Shown: positions 9,537 through 19,894 of the stretch, piece by piece
Position numbering within the stretch: position 1 is the stretch's first letter
How the letters are laid out: each line of letters begins with the position of its first letter
Source of the DNA: a virus
UHGV virus genome: UHGV-0141727
Length of the DNA: 64,000 nt
Direction: 5' to 3' (one strand)
Notes under the pieces: model-generated
Told to the model about the DNA's origin: nothing
Database searches by the model: none
The model's input: only the letters and a program-made list of their open reading frames with translations
Position numbers and translations under genes: made by a program

Positions 9537-11482
9537 ACGCCCCCTTGTTGTATCTCTGCCAAAATGTTGATCAGGTGATCGGCTGCCGCACCAACAAGTG
9601 ACTCGTTCTCATCATATCGACCTGCGTTGATAAGAACATTAGCTGCCTCCTGAATGCGATCAAACTCCGCTCTAATCACCGTCAAATCACGGGACGTAAA
9701 CTGCAACGGCACGGATTTCAGATATTCCAGCGCACTGTCCGCCTCCTGATCAGCCTCACTAACGACTGGCCCATCTGAACCTGTATCAGACTCTTGGGGG
9801 GATTCAGGTTCAGACTCAGGTACTGGTACTGGTACTGCTTCCGGTGCCTGATCTAATGTCTGTTCAGCTTCGACTACTTCTGATTGATTCTGAAGCGCGT
9901 CATAGATATCCATTATAAAAAGGTTCTCCCCATCTCCAAGTGGATAAGCGACGTTAGGAAATGCTTTGCGGAAGAGGATTTTTATCTGCGCCTTAAAGGT
10001 TTTCAAGTCGCTTCCAAACAGATCAACATAGCCATCAATATGGTTCGACATACTGGACGCAACCAATTCGCCTGCAATCTCTTTCAATTCATCGTCACCA
10101 GGGAGATATAGCAACTCGTACTGACTGACTTCTTCGTCTGTCAGTTTGCGGTCATACGTAATGATTCCGTGACGAGCATATTCGTAATACGGATCAGCCT
10201 GATCAGGACGGTCAAGTACAGCTTTATTTCCTTCAGGAACCGCACCAACACCCGCCGGGCGAGATTGGAGCGCATAGCGATATTTACCAACCTCCAGGGG
10301 ATCAGGATGTGATTCTGGTTGTGGCTCCTGTTCAGGCTGCGGCTGATCAGTTGGCTCAGGCTGGCCCGGCAACACATCCACTTTGTATTGATCAGCATTA
10401 TGTTCACGATAGGCTTTAAGTAATTTGGTTGCAGCGTCCGCTGAACTCCCACCTTTAACAGCACTGACATCAATACTGAAATTGCCTTCTGGTGCCTCAA
10501 TCGTGACAAAGCTATCACTGCCTGACGTGACATACTTAACTACAGCACCATTATCCAGCGTTGTTTGGCCTTCTGTAGCAAGATTATGTTTTATGTGTCG
10601 CAGTTGATCATTGAAGGCACGCTCTTTAGTTCCTTGGCTCTTAGCTGACAATAAATTATCGCGTTTAGCCTGCAATTCCGCGTTAAGGGCTTTTTGTGCG
10701 TCTAATTTATTCTGCATATCATTGAGTGTTGAGCGTTTCTCTGCCAGCCCCCGCTGTGCGTCTTCAACCTGCTCAATCAGCACAGAACGTTCTTCTGCCA
10801 GCTTGTCGGCTTCATTGAGATACCCCTCAATATCAGCCTTCATTTTGTCTTGGCGCTCCTTTGCTTTTTTGAATTTTGCACTATTACGCTCAATGAGGTT
10901 AGAAAGCGCCTGGCATACCTGGCTCAGAGATACATCACGCCCACCGATTGGCGCAACAACATGCGTAACGTTTCTTTTGTTAAGAAGAAACTGAAACGCA
11001 ACCAGCTCGTCATCCCCTTTAATTCTTGTGCCGTCTGCGGTTGGAGAATGGAAAATTATGCTTGTCGTTTGCCCATCGGTTAGAGGTATTTGTGCTGTTA
11101 CAACAGGGATATTAGCAACCCGGCGCACGCGCCCAATGATTGCCCCACCGATACTATTACGTCCGTCTTCATATTCACCTGCCTCATCCGTACCCGCAGC
11201 AATGTCAGTGCCATTCAGGCCGCGATTAAGCGCCCGGACAAATGCTCGCATTGTTTGCGCTAACCGCAATTTTGTTGTGGTTATAGCTTCGAACATTGCC
11301 TCATTGGTAGTTACCAAAATTTCGTTGCCCATATAGGCCAGCTCGATATCTTCCAGCGTCGCAGGCTCGATAAGTAAATCATCCTCGGTGATATCTTCCG
11401 CCACCCAACGATTAGGCGTATATCCAGTGAGCGTATCTGCAAAAGTGGACTGGATATTTATTCGAATAGGTTTCTTTATCAT
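9530..11482 (-). CDS. large internal head/antirestriction-type protein, P1 DarA-like by size and synteny
   Basis: ORF 650 aa with central coiled coil and acidic Pro/Glu-rich linkers; follows LydA/LydB/Hdf-like genes as in the P1 darA operon. Confidence 0.35.
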   Translation of the reverse strand: MIKKPIRINIQSTFADTLTGYTPNRWVAEDITEDDLLIEPATLEDIELAYMGNEILVTTNEAMFEAITTTKLRLAQTMRAFVRALNRGLNGTDIAAGTDEAGEYEDGRNSIGGAIIGRVRRVANIPVVTAQIPLTDGQTTSIIFHSPTADGTRIKGDDELVAFQFLLNKRNVTHVVAPIGGRDVSLSQVCQALSNLIERNSAKFKKAKERQDKMKADIEGYLNEADKLAEERSVLIEQVEDAQRGLAEKRSTLNDMQNKLDAQKALNAELQAKRDNLLSAKSQGTKERAFNDQLRHIKHNLATEGQTTLDNGAVVKYVTSGSDSFVTIEAPEGNFSIDVSAVKGGSSADAATKLLKAYREHNADQYKVDVLPGQPEPTDQPQPEQEPQPESHPDPLEVGKYRYALQSRPAGVGAVPEGNKAVLDRPDQADPYYEYARHGIITYDRKLTDEEVSQYELLYLPGDDELKEIAGELVASSMSNHIDGYVDLFGSDLKTFKAQIKILFRKAFPNVAYPLGDGENLFIMDIYDALQNQSEVVEAEQTLDQAPEAVPVPVPESEPESPQESDTGSDGPVVSEADQEADSALEYLKSVPLQFTSRDLTVIRAEFDRIQEAANVLINAGRYDENESLVGAAADHLINILAEIQQGGVW

Positions 11483-12096
11483 GCATCTTCCTCCAGGCGC
11501 GCTATTTCTTCTTTCAATACGCGAGTTTTCGCCAGTTCCTGCGCCATCTCGGTTCTAATGATTTCAGTTTCTCTTGTTGCGCGGTCTGAATTACCTTGCA
11601 CCTGATTTAATTTTTCTTTGGCCCTTTCAATATCCTCGCGGATCGCATCGCGAGATTCCTTTGCCTCTGCTAGTTTCTGCGCATTGGACTTAACGCCTTT
11701 TATTTTCTTATTCCCATCATCAATATCTTTCGCCGCACGAGCTAACTTACGCGCCAATGATTTCTGAAATGATGATGCGCCTTTATTAAATAAAGCAGCC
11801 AGTGATTGCCCTAAAGCCGTCAGCGTTTTAACAGGCTTGAAAGGAACAATTTTTCCGTTCAGTTTTACACCAGAAATATCACCAGTATCATTAACCTGAA
11901 CGTCCATCGTCTGCTCATCGATTCCGATAAGGGTAAACGTGCGCGTCATGATCCCGTCTTTCTTCCTGCCATTACTGGCGGGGATCACCCTCGCTATCTT
12001 GTAGCCTCCTTTACCGATTTCTTTGACGAGTTTTGCCAGCCCCTTTTCGTTTAACTCATCATAATTAAGAAGAACATAATTAGACTTATTTGACAT
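11479..12096 (-). CDS. P1 Hdf-like protein
   Basis: ORF 11479..12120; ATG at 12096 with AAGGAG RBS; coiled-coil C-terminus. Confidence 0.3.
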   Translation of the reverse strand: MSNKSNYVLLNYDELNEKGLAKLVKEIGKGGYKIARVIPASNGRKKDGIMTRTFTLIGIDEQTMDVQVNDTGDISGVKLNGKIVPFKPVKTLTALGQSLAALFNKGASSFQKSLARKLARAAKDIDDGNKKIKGVKSNAQKLAEAKESRDAIREDIERAKEKLNQVQGNSDRATRETEIIRTEMAQELAKTRVLKEEIARLEEDA

Positions 12097-12532
12097 TCCA
12101 GTCTCCTTCACACTTTTCAATCATAAACTGGCGTTCTATGCAGTCATTGATAGGGAAAATGCGATAAAGCGGATTCAGGCGGCAATTACCGTTAGTCAAT
12201 GTGACCTTTAGATCCCACTTCGCTGGCTCAAGATATTTCGTGTCGATGAGCAAATATTCTTCTCTCTCACCGCGTTTTGATGCGTCAACTGGTCTTGTTT
12301 TCCCCGAAATAACCACAGATGGATTTTTCAAGTCCTGCAACCAATATTCGATTTGTGCATTGCTTACCCAGCTTCGCTTAACGCGAAGCGACACAGGAAA
12401 CGCTATAGCAGACTCTTTCACTACAGCTTCGCCAATGCTCAAAATATCAACACTCTTGCGACGAAATAAGAAACGGTCAATAACGGCAACAAATGCCATG
12501 ATAAAAATGAAATAATTTCCAAAGTCACCCAT
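12086..12532 (-). CDS. LydB-like antiholin
   Basis: ORF 148 aa with one N-terminal TM segment; same size as P1 LydB (147 aa) and same position after holin-like gene. Confidence 0.4.
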   Translation of the reverse strand: MGDFGNYFIFIMAFVAVIDRFLFRRKSVDILSIGEAVVKESAIAFPVSLRVKRSWVSNAQIEYWLQDLKNPSVVISGKTRPVDASKRGEREEYLLIDTKYLEPAKWDLKVTLTNGNCRLNPLYRIFPINDCIERQFMIEKCEGDWNVK

Positions 12533-12858
12533 TACTTCTCTCCACCTTTTCCCCCACTCGCTATTACGCTTAAGAGATTCAAGACGTTACTAGCTCTGGA
12601 CTTCAAGCCCTGTAAAATTTCACTTCCGTTGTTACTGGCAATCAGAACAACGCAGTAAATGATGCCTTCCGGCCATTCATAGCTATCAGCCACCCAAAAT
12701 CCCGCAAGCCCAGCAGTTACCGCAGTAAACAATTCACTCGCGAGGTTGAGCAGTGACGCAGAAATGCGCCCGTCTCTAACTCCGAGAAGGAATACGCCGG
12801 TTCCACTCAGCAGGGATGTTATGACTGCTACAGCCAGATTTTCATAATCTGCAAACAT
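12532..12858 (-). CDS. LydA-like holin
   Basis: ORF 108 aa, multi-TM small membrane protein; same size as P1 LydA. Confidence 0.45.
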   Translation of the reverse strand: MFADYENLAVAVITSLLSGTGVFLLGVRDGRISASLLNLASELFTAVTAGLAGFWVADSYEWPEGIIYCVVLIASNNGSEILQGLKSRASNVLNLLSVIASGGKGGEK

Positions 12859-12940
12859 ACCCCTCCAGAAATGACGTTTAACGCGGCTTCAACTTATCCA
12901 GTTTGTTATTTCCCGACTAAATGCCATTCACACAAAATGG

Positions 12941-13156
12941 ATGCATATGATGGCCCGGTGGTCCGTAAACCTCGTCACTCAGAGCGTGGAGGATGCCAAA
13001 TTCGCGTATCAACAAAATGGTCCAAACACGGCTTTAAAGAGAAATACGCTTGAATGCGCAAGATGTGAGCTGATTCTTGAGGACAAAATGATGACATGTG
13101 AGTCTTCACAAGCGTCATTCAGTGAATATAATACCGACTCTCTCAGATACTACTAA
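12941..13156 (+). CDS. small hypothetical protein
   Basis: ORF followed by strong terminator 13172-13207. Confidence 0.2.
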   Translation: MHMMARWSVNLVTQSVEDAKFAYQQNGPNTALKRNTLECARCELILEDKMMTCESSQASFSEYNTDSLRYY

Positions 13157-13171
13157 CTGGGTGTTCATTAT

Positions 13172-13207
13172 GCCCGCCGTCATTGACTAGACGGCGGGCT
13201 TTTTTTG
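13172..13207 (+). terminator. rho-independent terminator
   Basis: 9-bp stem GCCCGCCGT/ACGGCGGGC followed by TTTTTTTG. Confidence 0.6.
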
Positions 13208-13322
13208 TGCCGAAGGATAGCGTTGCTCAAAAAAAACACAAAACCGCACGCTAATGAAGCCCTCAACAAAAGAGGGCTTGAAATATCAAAAAAAATAGTG
13301 CTGATTGGATTGTTATGATTGT

Positions 13323-13745
13323 TTATGCAGGCATCTCAGGCCATGAGATATCTGCATCAACAGAAGTGTCAACTCTATTAAGAAGAACTCTATACCTCTT
13401 TAACTTTGTCAACATTTCTATTTCCTCATCAGTGGCAATATCCATATCAACAGCATCCTGAAGCGTTGATATTTTTATGCTCACATCATTCATAAGACTA
13501 CTTTTGGTGTTTTCAGCAATGCTGACTCTCTCCTCTAAGCTCATAGGTTGTGGGTCAGATAACATTGGATAACCATCGCCATTTGCAATTATTATTTTCC
13601 CATTGCCATACCCTGATAACAGTTCATCATATAAGTCATCAGGTATATGTACAGCATCGGACGGCCATGAACCGTTTTTATCGTAATCTTCTTTTAGTCT
13701 ATCGTCGTAGAAACCACCAGTCTCTTTGCTGTAATACTTTGCCAT
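13323..13745 (-). CDS. tail fibre assembly chaperone
   Basis: 140-aa ORF directly downstream of tail fibre gene; typical Tfa size and N-terminal region. Confidence 0.6.
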   Translation of the reverse strand: MAKYYSKETGGFYDDRLKEDYDKNGSWPSDAVHIPDDLYDELLSGYGNGKIIIANGDGYPMLSDPQPMSLEERVSIAENTKSSLMNDVSIKISTLQDAVDMDIATDEEIEMLTKLKRYRVLLNRVDTSVDADISWPEMPA

Positions 13746-13776
13746 TTAAAAACCTTCATTCTAATTAGCTATATTT

Positions 13777-16700
13777 TTAATACCCATAAGCAACATACTG
13801 TGCATATATTTTATCAGTGGAGCTACTTTTTACTGTAAAACCAGTGGCAGAGTTGTTGTATGTATAAAGAATTGCATTAACAGCATTCCCGCTATGAGGT
13901 GAAATCACAACTGCCGCACACGACTCAGGAAAAGAAGTCGGAAATTTAACTACGCTTCCTGGAGTAACAGCCGCTATAGTCCCCCACTGCATCATCACCT
14001 TAGTTGATGTATCCTTATGCCATCCATGAATGTTGGCATATGCAGTATTTTTAGCCTGATATTTCGTGTTGAAATTACTATAGTTACCAGGGGTAATCTG
14101 ACCAGCGGCAGATAAATTCCCCATAACCCTTACATGACCATCAGCACGTCCTAATTCTACGCGACCATCACCGCCATCTATCTTTAATGGAGTGTAAACG
14201 ACATCACCATTAACATTTTGCCCAGTGGTTGATATCTGGAAACTATATCCAGTATTAGTTATTAGGAATCCATAGTTATTATTATAAGTTAGGCGTATAG
14301 CATTTTGGCTGCTGGATATAATTTCACCGGTAACAGTACCACCTGTTGTTGGTAACGCACCAACATGACTTGCCGTTAATGTGATATCTGCAGAACCATC
14401 AAAAGCCACGCCACTTATTTTTCTGGCAGTTTTTAACTTTGTAGCTGTAGCTGCATTGCCACTTGTATTTTGATTCCCGGCAATATTAACGCCCGGAAGA
14501 TTGATGTTTGCTGAACCATCAAACGAAACCCCGCCTATTGTGCGTGCTGTTTGCAGTTTTGTGGCAGTTGCAGCATTGCCGGTAGTGCTCTGATTGCCTG
14601 TTTTATTCACGCCCGGCAGGTCGATGTTTGCGGTGCCATTAAATGAAACACCACCAATAGTTCTTGCCGTTTGTAATTTCGTTGCAGACGCCGCGTTTCC
14701 GGTTGTGTTCTGGTTGCCCGTGGTATTTACACCAGGGATGGAATCTTTCGATGTGTAGACCTGCGCCCACTCAGACCAACTAGCTGTATCAGTATCTCGT
14801 CGCGAACGTACATGTACAGGCGCATGAGCACCACTTGTACCGCTCCAACCTATGAACAACTCGCCTTCACCAGCGGCTGTTGCGCCCTTAAGATGAAGCA
14901 CATTCCCGTAAGCAGAAGGATAGCCGTTGTTGTACGCCTCATACATCTGCAATCCAGTGGTAGCACCTTGCGTTGTACTGGTGAGCGCAGTAACACGCCC
15001 TCTGGACGTAATTGTTGGTATCGAAATGTTCGCAGAACCATCAAACTTAACACCGTTGATTGTGCGGGCTGTTTGCAGTTTTGTAGCGGTTGCCGCATTA
15101 CCTGTTGTGTTCTGGTTACCGGCAATGTTCACACCCGGCAGGTTGATATTGGCGCTGCCATCAAATGCCACCCCGCCGATTGTGCGGGCCGTCTGAAGTT
15201 TCGTTGCGGTTGCCGCATTACCGGTTGTGCTCTGATTACCCGTTTTATTCACGCCAGGCAGGTCGATATTAGCACTGCCATCAAATGACACTCCACCGAT
15301 CGTTCGAGCTGTCTTGAGCTTTGTGGCAGTATCGGCGTTCCCGGTCAGCGTACCAGTAATCCCACCGCCAACTTTTACGCCGTTACCGATGGACACCAAC
15401 CCAGTTCTTAAGTTTATAGAAAATGGTCTTAATGGCCCGATGTCACCATTTTCACCCTCCCCTTCATTTGTCGGGATAAGATGAAGATATTCCTCGGATC
15501 TCCTGAAGATAAGGCCAAAGGCCTGGTTAAATATTCGAAGGGCATTTATTGTGCCAATTTTTAGCTGCCCCCCCATTGTGTCGCCAGAACGCTGAACGGC
15601 GTTACCAGCTTGAGAAGCAATATCCGTTAAGCCAAGATCTTCAGGGGTCAGAGTAATATCTGCCGAACCGTCAAATGCCACACCGTTAATCTTTCTGGCT
15701 GTTTTTAATTTCGTCGCAGTATCGGCGTTCCCGGTCAGCGTACCAGTGATCCCCGCGCTGAAAGTCTGGCGTGCACTCCATGTGTTAGCCGTGCTCAACA
15801 GGGGGATTTTTTCACCGCTGGTACCGAGTTCTCTTAAACCAAGGTATTGGATAACAGCCAGAGTGCTTGTTTTAGCCAGAATATCGCGACCGACTGACGT
15901 TAAATCAGTCTGGGCTACAGTGTCTGTTCCGGTAAAGTACGGTAATTTATTTGCCCCCGTCGCCAGGCCAGCGAGCGCGGTTAAGGTTGCGTCGAGAGGC
16001 TGCTTACCTGCAAGGGCATTTGTCATTGTAGTCGCAAAGTTCGGGTCATTGCCCAGTGCTGCGGCAAGCTCATTCAGGGTATCAAGAGCTTCTGGTGATG
16101 AGCCGACCAATGCAGAAATAGCGGCACGAACATAAGCGGTTGTTGCAATCTGAGTGTTGTTCGTACCTTGTGACGCCGTAGGAGCTGTTGGAACCCCCGT
16201 AAATGCCGGGCTTAATAACGGCGCTTTAAGAGCTAACGCATCATTAATCGTCTGGCTAAACTGGGGATCATTGTTTATTGCATCTGCAATTTTTTTCAGC
16301 GTATCCAACGCTGAAGGAGAACCATCAATAAGGGCGGTTATTGCGGCCTGAACAAAGGCAGTGTTTGCGATTTGTGTACTGTTTGTACCTTGTTCCGGAG
16401 TTGGAGATTTAGGTATACCAATAAACTCCGGGCTATCAACCGGAGCTTTTAGTTTGTTTAACGTGCTGATAGCAAGAGGTGTTGCGGCTTTATATTCTTC
16501 GTCACTATCCAAAGCACTGGAAAACTCAACACCAACAGCACGATTAGCACGATATTCAGTGCTAATCATATCTGCGGTAACGGCTTGAGCATTGTCAGGC
16601 ACGATCACGCGGCATAGCTCAATCTGGTTAGATGCTATTTCCTCATCAACGAGAGCAATAATTCTCGCTGCGCTAATATCCGATGAACTATCTACCTGGC

Positions 16701-17046
16701 TGGTTTTCACTCCATGTTCGTAATTAGCTTCAAGAACGATGATTGTCGTTACACCAGCTTCTACAGGAACAAGAACATCACTGACTTGCTGCACGGATAT
16801 CTGACATTTACCCACGTCAATTGAAGCCGCCCCTTTTCCCTCTGTTTTCTCGGATGTAATCCGCACAAACAGACCATCCCCTGGCACCGGGTCAAACCCA
16901 CAGTACACTCCGGGCAGAACGATATTTTTCATCTTCCTGTTTAGAGCTTCGGTGCTATACAGCTCAAAGTATTGCATGTCTGCAATTAGTGGAGCGGAAA
17001 TGTCCGAAGATAAGGTGACAATATTCTTTACTTTATCTGCGCACAT
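13777..17046 (-). CDS. tail fibre protein
   Basis: 1089-aa ORF with SPxFTGxPTAPT motifs and repeated GNxxTTGNAATATKLQTARTIGGVxFDGSANI units. Confidence 0.75.
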   Translation of the reverse strand: MCADKVKNIVTLSSDISAPLIADMQYFELYSTEALNRKMKNIVLPGVYCGFDPVPGDGLFVRITSEKTEGKGAASIDVGKCQISVQQVSDVLVPVEAGVTTIIVLEANYEHGVKTSQVDSSSDISAARIIALVDEEIASNQIELCRVIVPDNAQAVTADMISTEYRANRAVGVEFSSALDSDEEYKAATPLAISTLNKLKAPVDSPEFIGIPKSPTPEQGTNSTQIANTAFVQAAITALIDGSPSALDTLKKIADAINNDPQFSQTINDALALKAPLLSPAFTGVPTAPTASQGTNNTQIATTAYVRAAISALVGSSPEALDTLNELAAALGNDPNFATTMTNALAGKQPLDATLTALAGLATGANKLPYFTGTDTVAQTDLTSVGRDILAKTSTLAVIQYLGLRELGTSGEKIPLLSTANTWSARQTFSAGITGTLTGNADTATKLKTARKINGVAFDGSADITLTPEDLGLTDIASQAGNAVQRSGDTMGGQLKIGTINALRIFNQAFGLIFRRSEEYLHLIPTNEGEGENGDIGPLRPFSINLRTGLVSIGNGVKVGGGITGTLTGNADTATKLKTARTIGGVSFDGSANIDLPGVNKTGNQSTTGNAATATKLQTARTIGGVAFDGSANINLPGVNIAGNQNTTGNAATATKLQTARTINGVKFDGSANISIPTITSRGRVTALTSTTQGATTGLQMYEAYNNGYPSAYGNVLHLKGATAAGEGELFIGWSGTSGAHAPVHVRSRRDTDTASWSEWAQVYTSKDSIPGVNTTGNQNTTGNAASATKLQTARTIGGVSFNGTANIDLPGVNKTGNQSTTGNAATATKLQTARTIGGVSFDGSANINLPGVNIAGNQNTSGNAATATKLKTARKISGVAFDGSADITLTASHVGALPTTGGTVTGEIISSSQNAIRLTYNNNYGFLITNTGYSFQISTTGQNVNGDVVYTPLKIDGGDGRVELGRADGHVRVMGNLSAAGQITPGNYSNFNTKYQAKNTAYANIHGWHKDTSTKVMMQWGTIAAVTPGSVVKFPTSFPESCAAVVISPHSGNAVNAILYTYNNSATGFTVKSSSTDKIYAQYVAYGY
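14400..14740. repeat. tandem ~87-bp coding repeats within tail fibre gene (block 2)
   Basis: repeated DNA and peptide units; similar to block 15000-15370. Confidence 0.5.
15000..15370. repeat. tandem ~87-bp coding repeats within tail fibre gene (block 1)
   Basis: repeated DNA and peptide units. Confidence 0.5.
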
Positions 17047-17048
17047 AA

Positions 17049-17495
17049 TTATCCCTCGACCTGTTCAATGGTCATGAGCAAGCTGTATCGCTTACCTTTG
17101 AATAAGGTGTCCTGTTGAGTGCAAACAACCCCAAAAGCCTGATCCTCTGCATCTACGAGAACCAGCGTATTGAAATCGTAAGGTGTATCGTCCGGCATCG
17201 TTTCTTGTGGAAAAGCGGCATTAATCGTAATGACACCATCGAGGCTGGAAAGAATGAGATTGGATTCAGCAAAATGCTGTGCATCACTTAACTTGAAGTC
17301 GAGCGGAATATCAGAAATAGTCCAGCCACCAGCACTATTTACCGTCACAAGATCTGACTTGCACCAATAAGCCTTTGTCATAACAAAACGCTCACCCCTG
17401 CCGATTGCAGACTCTGCACGGCGAGAGTAGTAGTAAGAAAGGAGTTGCGCCTTGTAAATACTTGAATCGCTTTGAGATTTTAAAGTTTCAGCCAT
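17049..17495 (-). CDS. tail fibre/baseplate-associated protein
   Basis: ORF 148 aa immediately upstream of tail fibre gene. Confidence 0.3.
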   Translation of the reverse strand: MAETLKSQSDSSIYKAQLLSYYYSRRAESAIGRGERFVMTKAYWCKSDLVTVNSAGGWTISDIPLDFKLSDAQHFAESNLILSSLDGVITINAAFPQETMPDDTPYDFNTLVLVDAEDQAFGVVCTQQDTLFKGKRYSLLMTIEQVEG

Positions 17496-17611
17496 AAGAA
17501 CATAGCCCCTTTAACAAGCAATAAATCGAAGGGCAGTATGTTCAGTTTGTGATTTCCGGTGGTCTTCTGTTTTAAGAAATGGCCCCACCCAGTTTGGCGG
17601 GGCCTGGTTTG

Positions 17612-18454
17612 CTAAGGTGCAAAATTATAATCCAGCGCCCAGGCGTCGAGCGGGAGTTCATCGAGATGAAGCACTCTTTCCGTCGTCCGGTCTGGCCTTC
17701 CTGCGAACTGGATGCCGTCTAATTGAATGATCGTATCGCTAATAGATAGTTCATCGACCATCTCTTGCGTCGTGTACACCCCCTCAATAAAGGACACTTC
17801 CGCAGATAAGCAATTCAGGATCTCCGCCATTTCCGGCAATGTTGCGCTCAACTGGAAAGAAACACCATCAAACACGATATGCAATGGCAATAGCGGCGCT
17901 ATAACCGTATCAAAATCAGCAAGTAGCTTCTGTACAGCAACGTCTCGGTCATCGCTATCATAAGCTCGATACAGCTTATTTTGGTTGACGACAACCAGCC
18001 CTCTGGATGTCAGGAAAAACTCACCATATTGTGCCTGAGCGGTCGGTATTTCATTTGCGGTCGCGAAGAATGAACCATAGGGATGTTTTTCTGTATCGAC
18101 AGGCGCATACAAAGGTTCCCATGAGACGGGGATTGTGCCAAATTCACGCCAGAACGTTTGCTCTATCGGCCTTACTGTTCCTTTGAAGTGCACCTCATCC
18201 AGTCGTTGAGCTAATAGCATTGGCCTGCGTGTTTTGTCCGTTTCTGTGATAACAAAGAAACGACCATATTCAGCAATGCGAGTGTCCATATCCTCGCTTG
18301 CCATTGTGAAAAACGATTTACGGTTGCTTATTCGCGTGAGAATAGGTTCAACCGATTCATTCCACACGTCCTGAATCGTATCAACAAAGGCGGCCCACAA
18401 TTTAGAATCCTGTTTAAATTGCGTCAGACGCTCTTTTAGCCAGTTATTCTGCAT
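17612..18454 (-). CDS. baseplate protein (gpI-like position)
   Basis: ORF 280 aa between J-like and fibre genes. Confidence 0.35.
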   Translation of the reverse strand: MQNNWLKERLTQFKQDSKLWAAFVDTIQDVWNESVEPILTRISNRKSFFTMASEDMDTRIAEYGRFFVITETDKTRRPMLLAQRLDEVHFKGTVRPIEQTFWREFGTIPVSWEPLYAPVDTEKHPYGSFFATANEIPTAQAQYGEFFLTSRGLVVVNQNKLYRAYDSDDRDVAVQKLLADFDTVIAPLLPLHIVFDGVSFQLSATLPEMAEILNCLSAEVSFIEGVYTTQEMVDELSISDTIIQLDGIQFAGRPDRTTERVLHLDELPLDAWALDYNFAP

Positions 18455-18463
18455 TGTGACCTC

Positions 18464-19894
18464 TTACGGATAGGTTATGCTGAACGTTGATGATTCCACG
18501 TCCAGATAAACAAAATCATTAAAGTACACAGCTTCTTTCATGTTCTGCGTAGCCACGTCATAAGACAGGAACATATCCAGCGATTCGATTACTCGCCAGA
18601 TATCTTTTACTTTGACCTGTGCATAACATTGCTGTGAGTCGTCATCACTCTGCAATAGCTGGCTAAATGACATGGAGTCTTTACCGAAGTTCTCCTCCAG
18701 TGCCGCTTTAATTGCAGTTAGCGCGTCATCCACCAGCACACTCTTTTTTACGATACCGGTAAATTTGATGTTGAACGGCTGTTCATTGGTGGCGACGTAT
18801 TCGAACTTCTTATTCAGCTCATTAGGGATACTCTCAAGGGCTGATAATATCTCTGTTTTCAGAGCTTCCTGTGTTACGCCGGGCTTATGCCCACAAAAGA
18901 AAATTTTGTTGATATTACGCACATCAAAGCCCGTTATTTTCTCCTGTAGCGCCTCCCCCCACACGTTAAGCCATGACGTGCCACTGACCACGTTCTGAAT
19001 GAACTGGCGGTAATCACCGCCCCAAACAACCTGCTCATCGTAGGCCACATAATACTGCGCCCTGTTTCGGGTTTCCTCGGTAGTTTCCATGCCACCACCG
19101 CCAGAAATGATCGAATCGGTTTTTACTTCCAGTGATTCGACATACCCGGAGATGTTCCCTGCTGGTTCAAGTTTCTGGCCTTCAGCCAGCGTGTAATCAC
19201 CGAGGCTTGCCATAATATCAATGCGTACCTGACTCCCTGCCGCTGGCATCATCCCCATTGATCCATCACCGAAGCGCACGCCGATCTGTTCTGTCGGCTT
19301 ATAAACCAACACATAATGTTTACTGTTATCCCTGGACATGCGGAATAGGGGGTTATGTGTCCATTTTTCCTCGACACCATTAGTTATCACGACAACTTCC
19401 AGGCTGGCGACTTCTGCTGTTAACTCACGGGAAAGTAACAACGTCAGGAATGGTGTTTCTTGCACCACGTCGAACGTTATGCTGACTGCTTCATGCTGTT
19501 TTACTTCTATGCCGGATACTGTTTCACCAGCAGGGATAACAACACTACTGCTTGTTGCAATTGGTGTCTGGTCGCTTGTCAGTAATTCAGCCCCTCCGGG
19601 TAGCGTAATATCCCTGTCGGTTTTGTTGGTGATGGAAACAGTGCCGTATGACGCATCGACCAAACGACCGACATAGCCACGGTCTTCCGCTGCCGCGAGA
19701 ATACTTGCTCTGCGCGTCGCGGTGGAAATGAATCCTTCTGTAAGTGCACGGCTTGCAAATGTACGCGCAATATAAACAATCTGCGCGCCCAAAACGGACT
19801 GCATTTGAATAAACTGGCTGTTTACAAATCGCGCCCACCAGGGGTTTTCGTTCAGCTTGGCATTAAACTTGTCCAGTAATTCGGTAATACTCAC
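18464..19894 (-). CDS. baseplate J-like protein
   Basis: ORF 476 aa following W/gp25-like gene. Confidence 0.45.
   Translation of the reverse strand: MSITELLDKFNAKLNENPWWARFVNSQFIQMQSVLGAQIVYIARTFASRALTEGFISTATRRASILAAAEDRGYVGRLVDASYGTVSITNKTDRDITLPGGAELLTSDQTPIATSSSVVIPAGETVSGIEVKQHEAVSITFDVVQETPFLTLLLSRELTAEVASLEVVVITNGVEEKWTHNPLFRMSRDNSKHYVLVYKPTEQIGVRFGDGSMGMMPAAGSQVRIDIMASLGDYTLAEGQKLEPAGNISGYVESLEVKTDSIISGGGGMETTEETRNRAQYYVAYDEQVVWGGDYRQFIQNVVSGTSWLNVWGEALQEKITGFDVRNINKIFFCGHKPGVTQEALKTEILSALESIPNELNKKFEYVATNEQPFNIKFTGIVKKSVLVDDALTAIKAALEENFGKDSMSFSQLLQSDDDSQQCYAQVKVKDIWRVIESLDMFLSYDVATQNMKEAVYFNDFVYLDVESSTFSITYP

Noticed and set aside
12859-13322. Cin-type invertase or invertible tail-fibre segment between holin and fibre genes
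   Set aside because: No recombinase-sized ORF and no duplicated alternative fibre C-terminus are present; only a small ORF and terminators.
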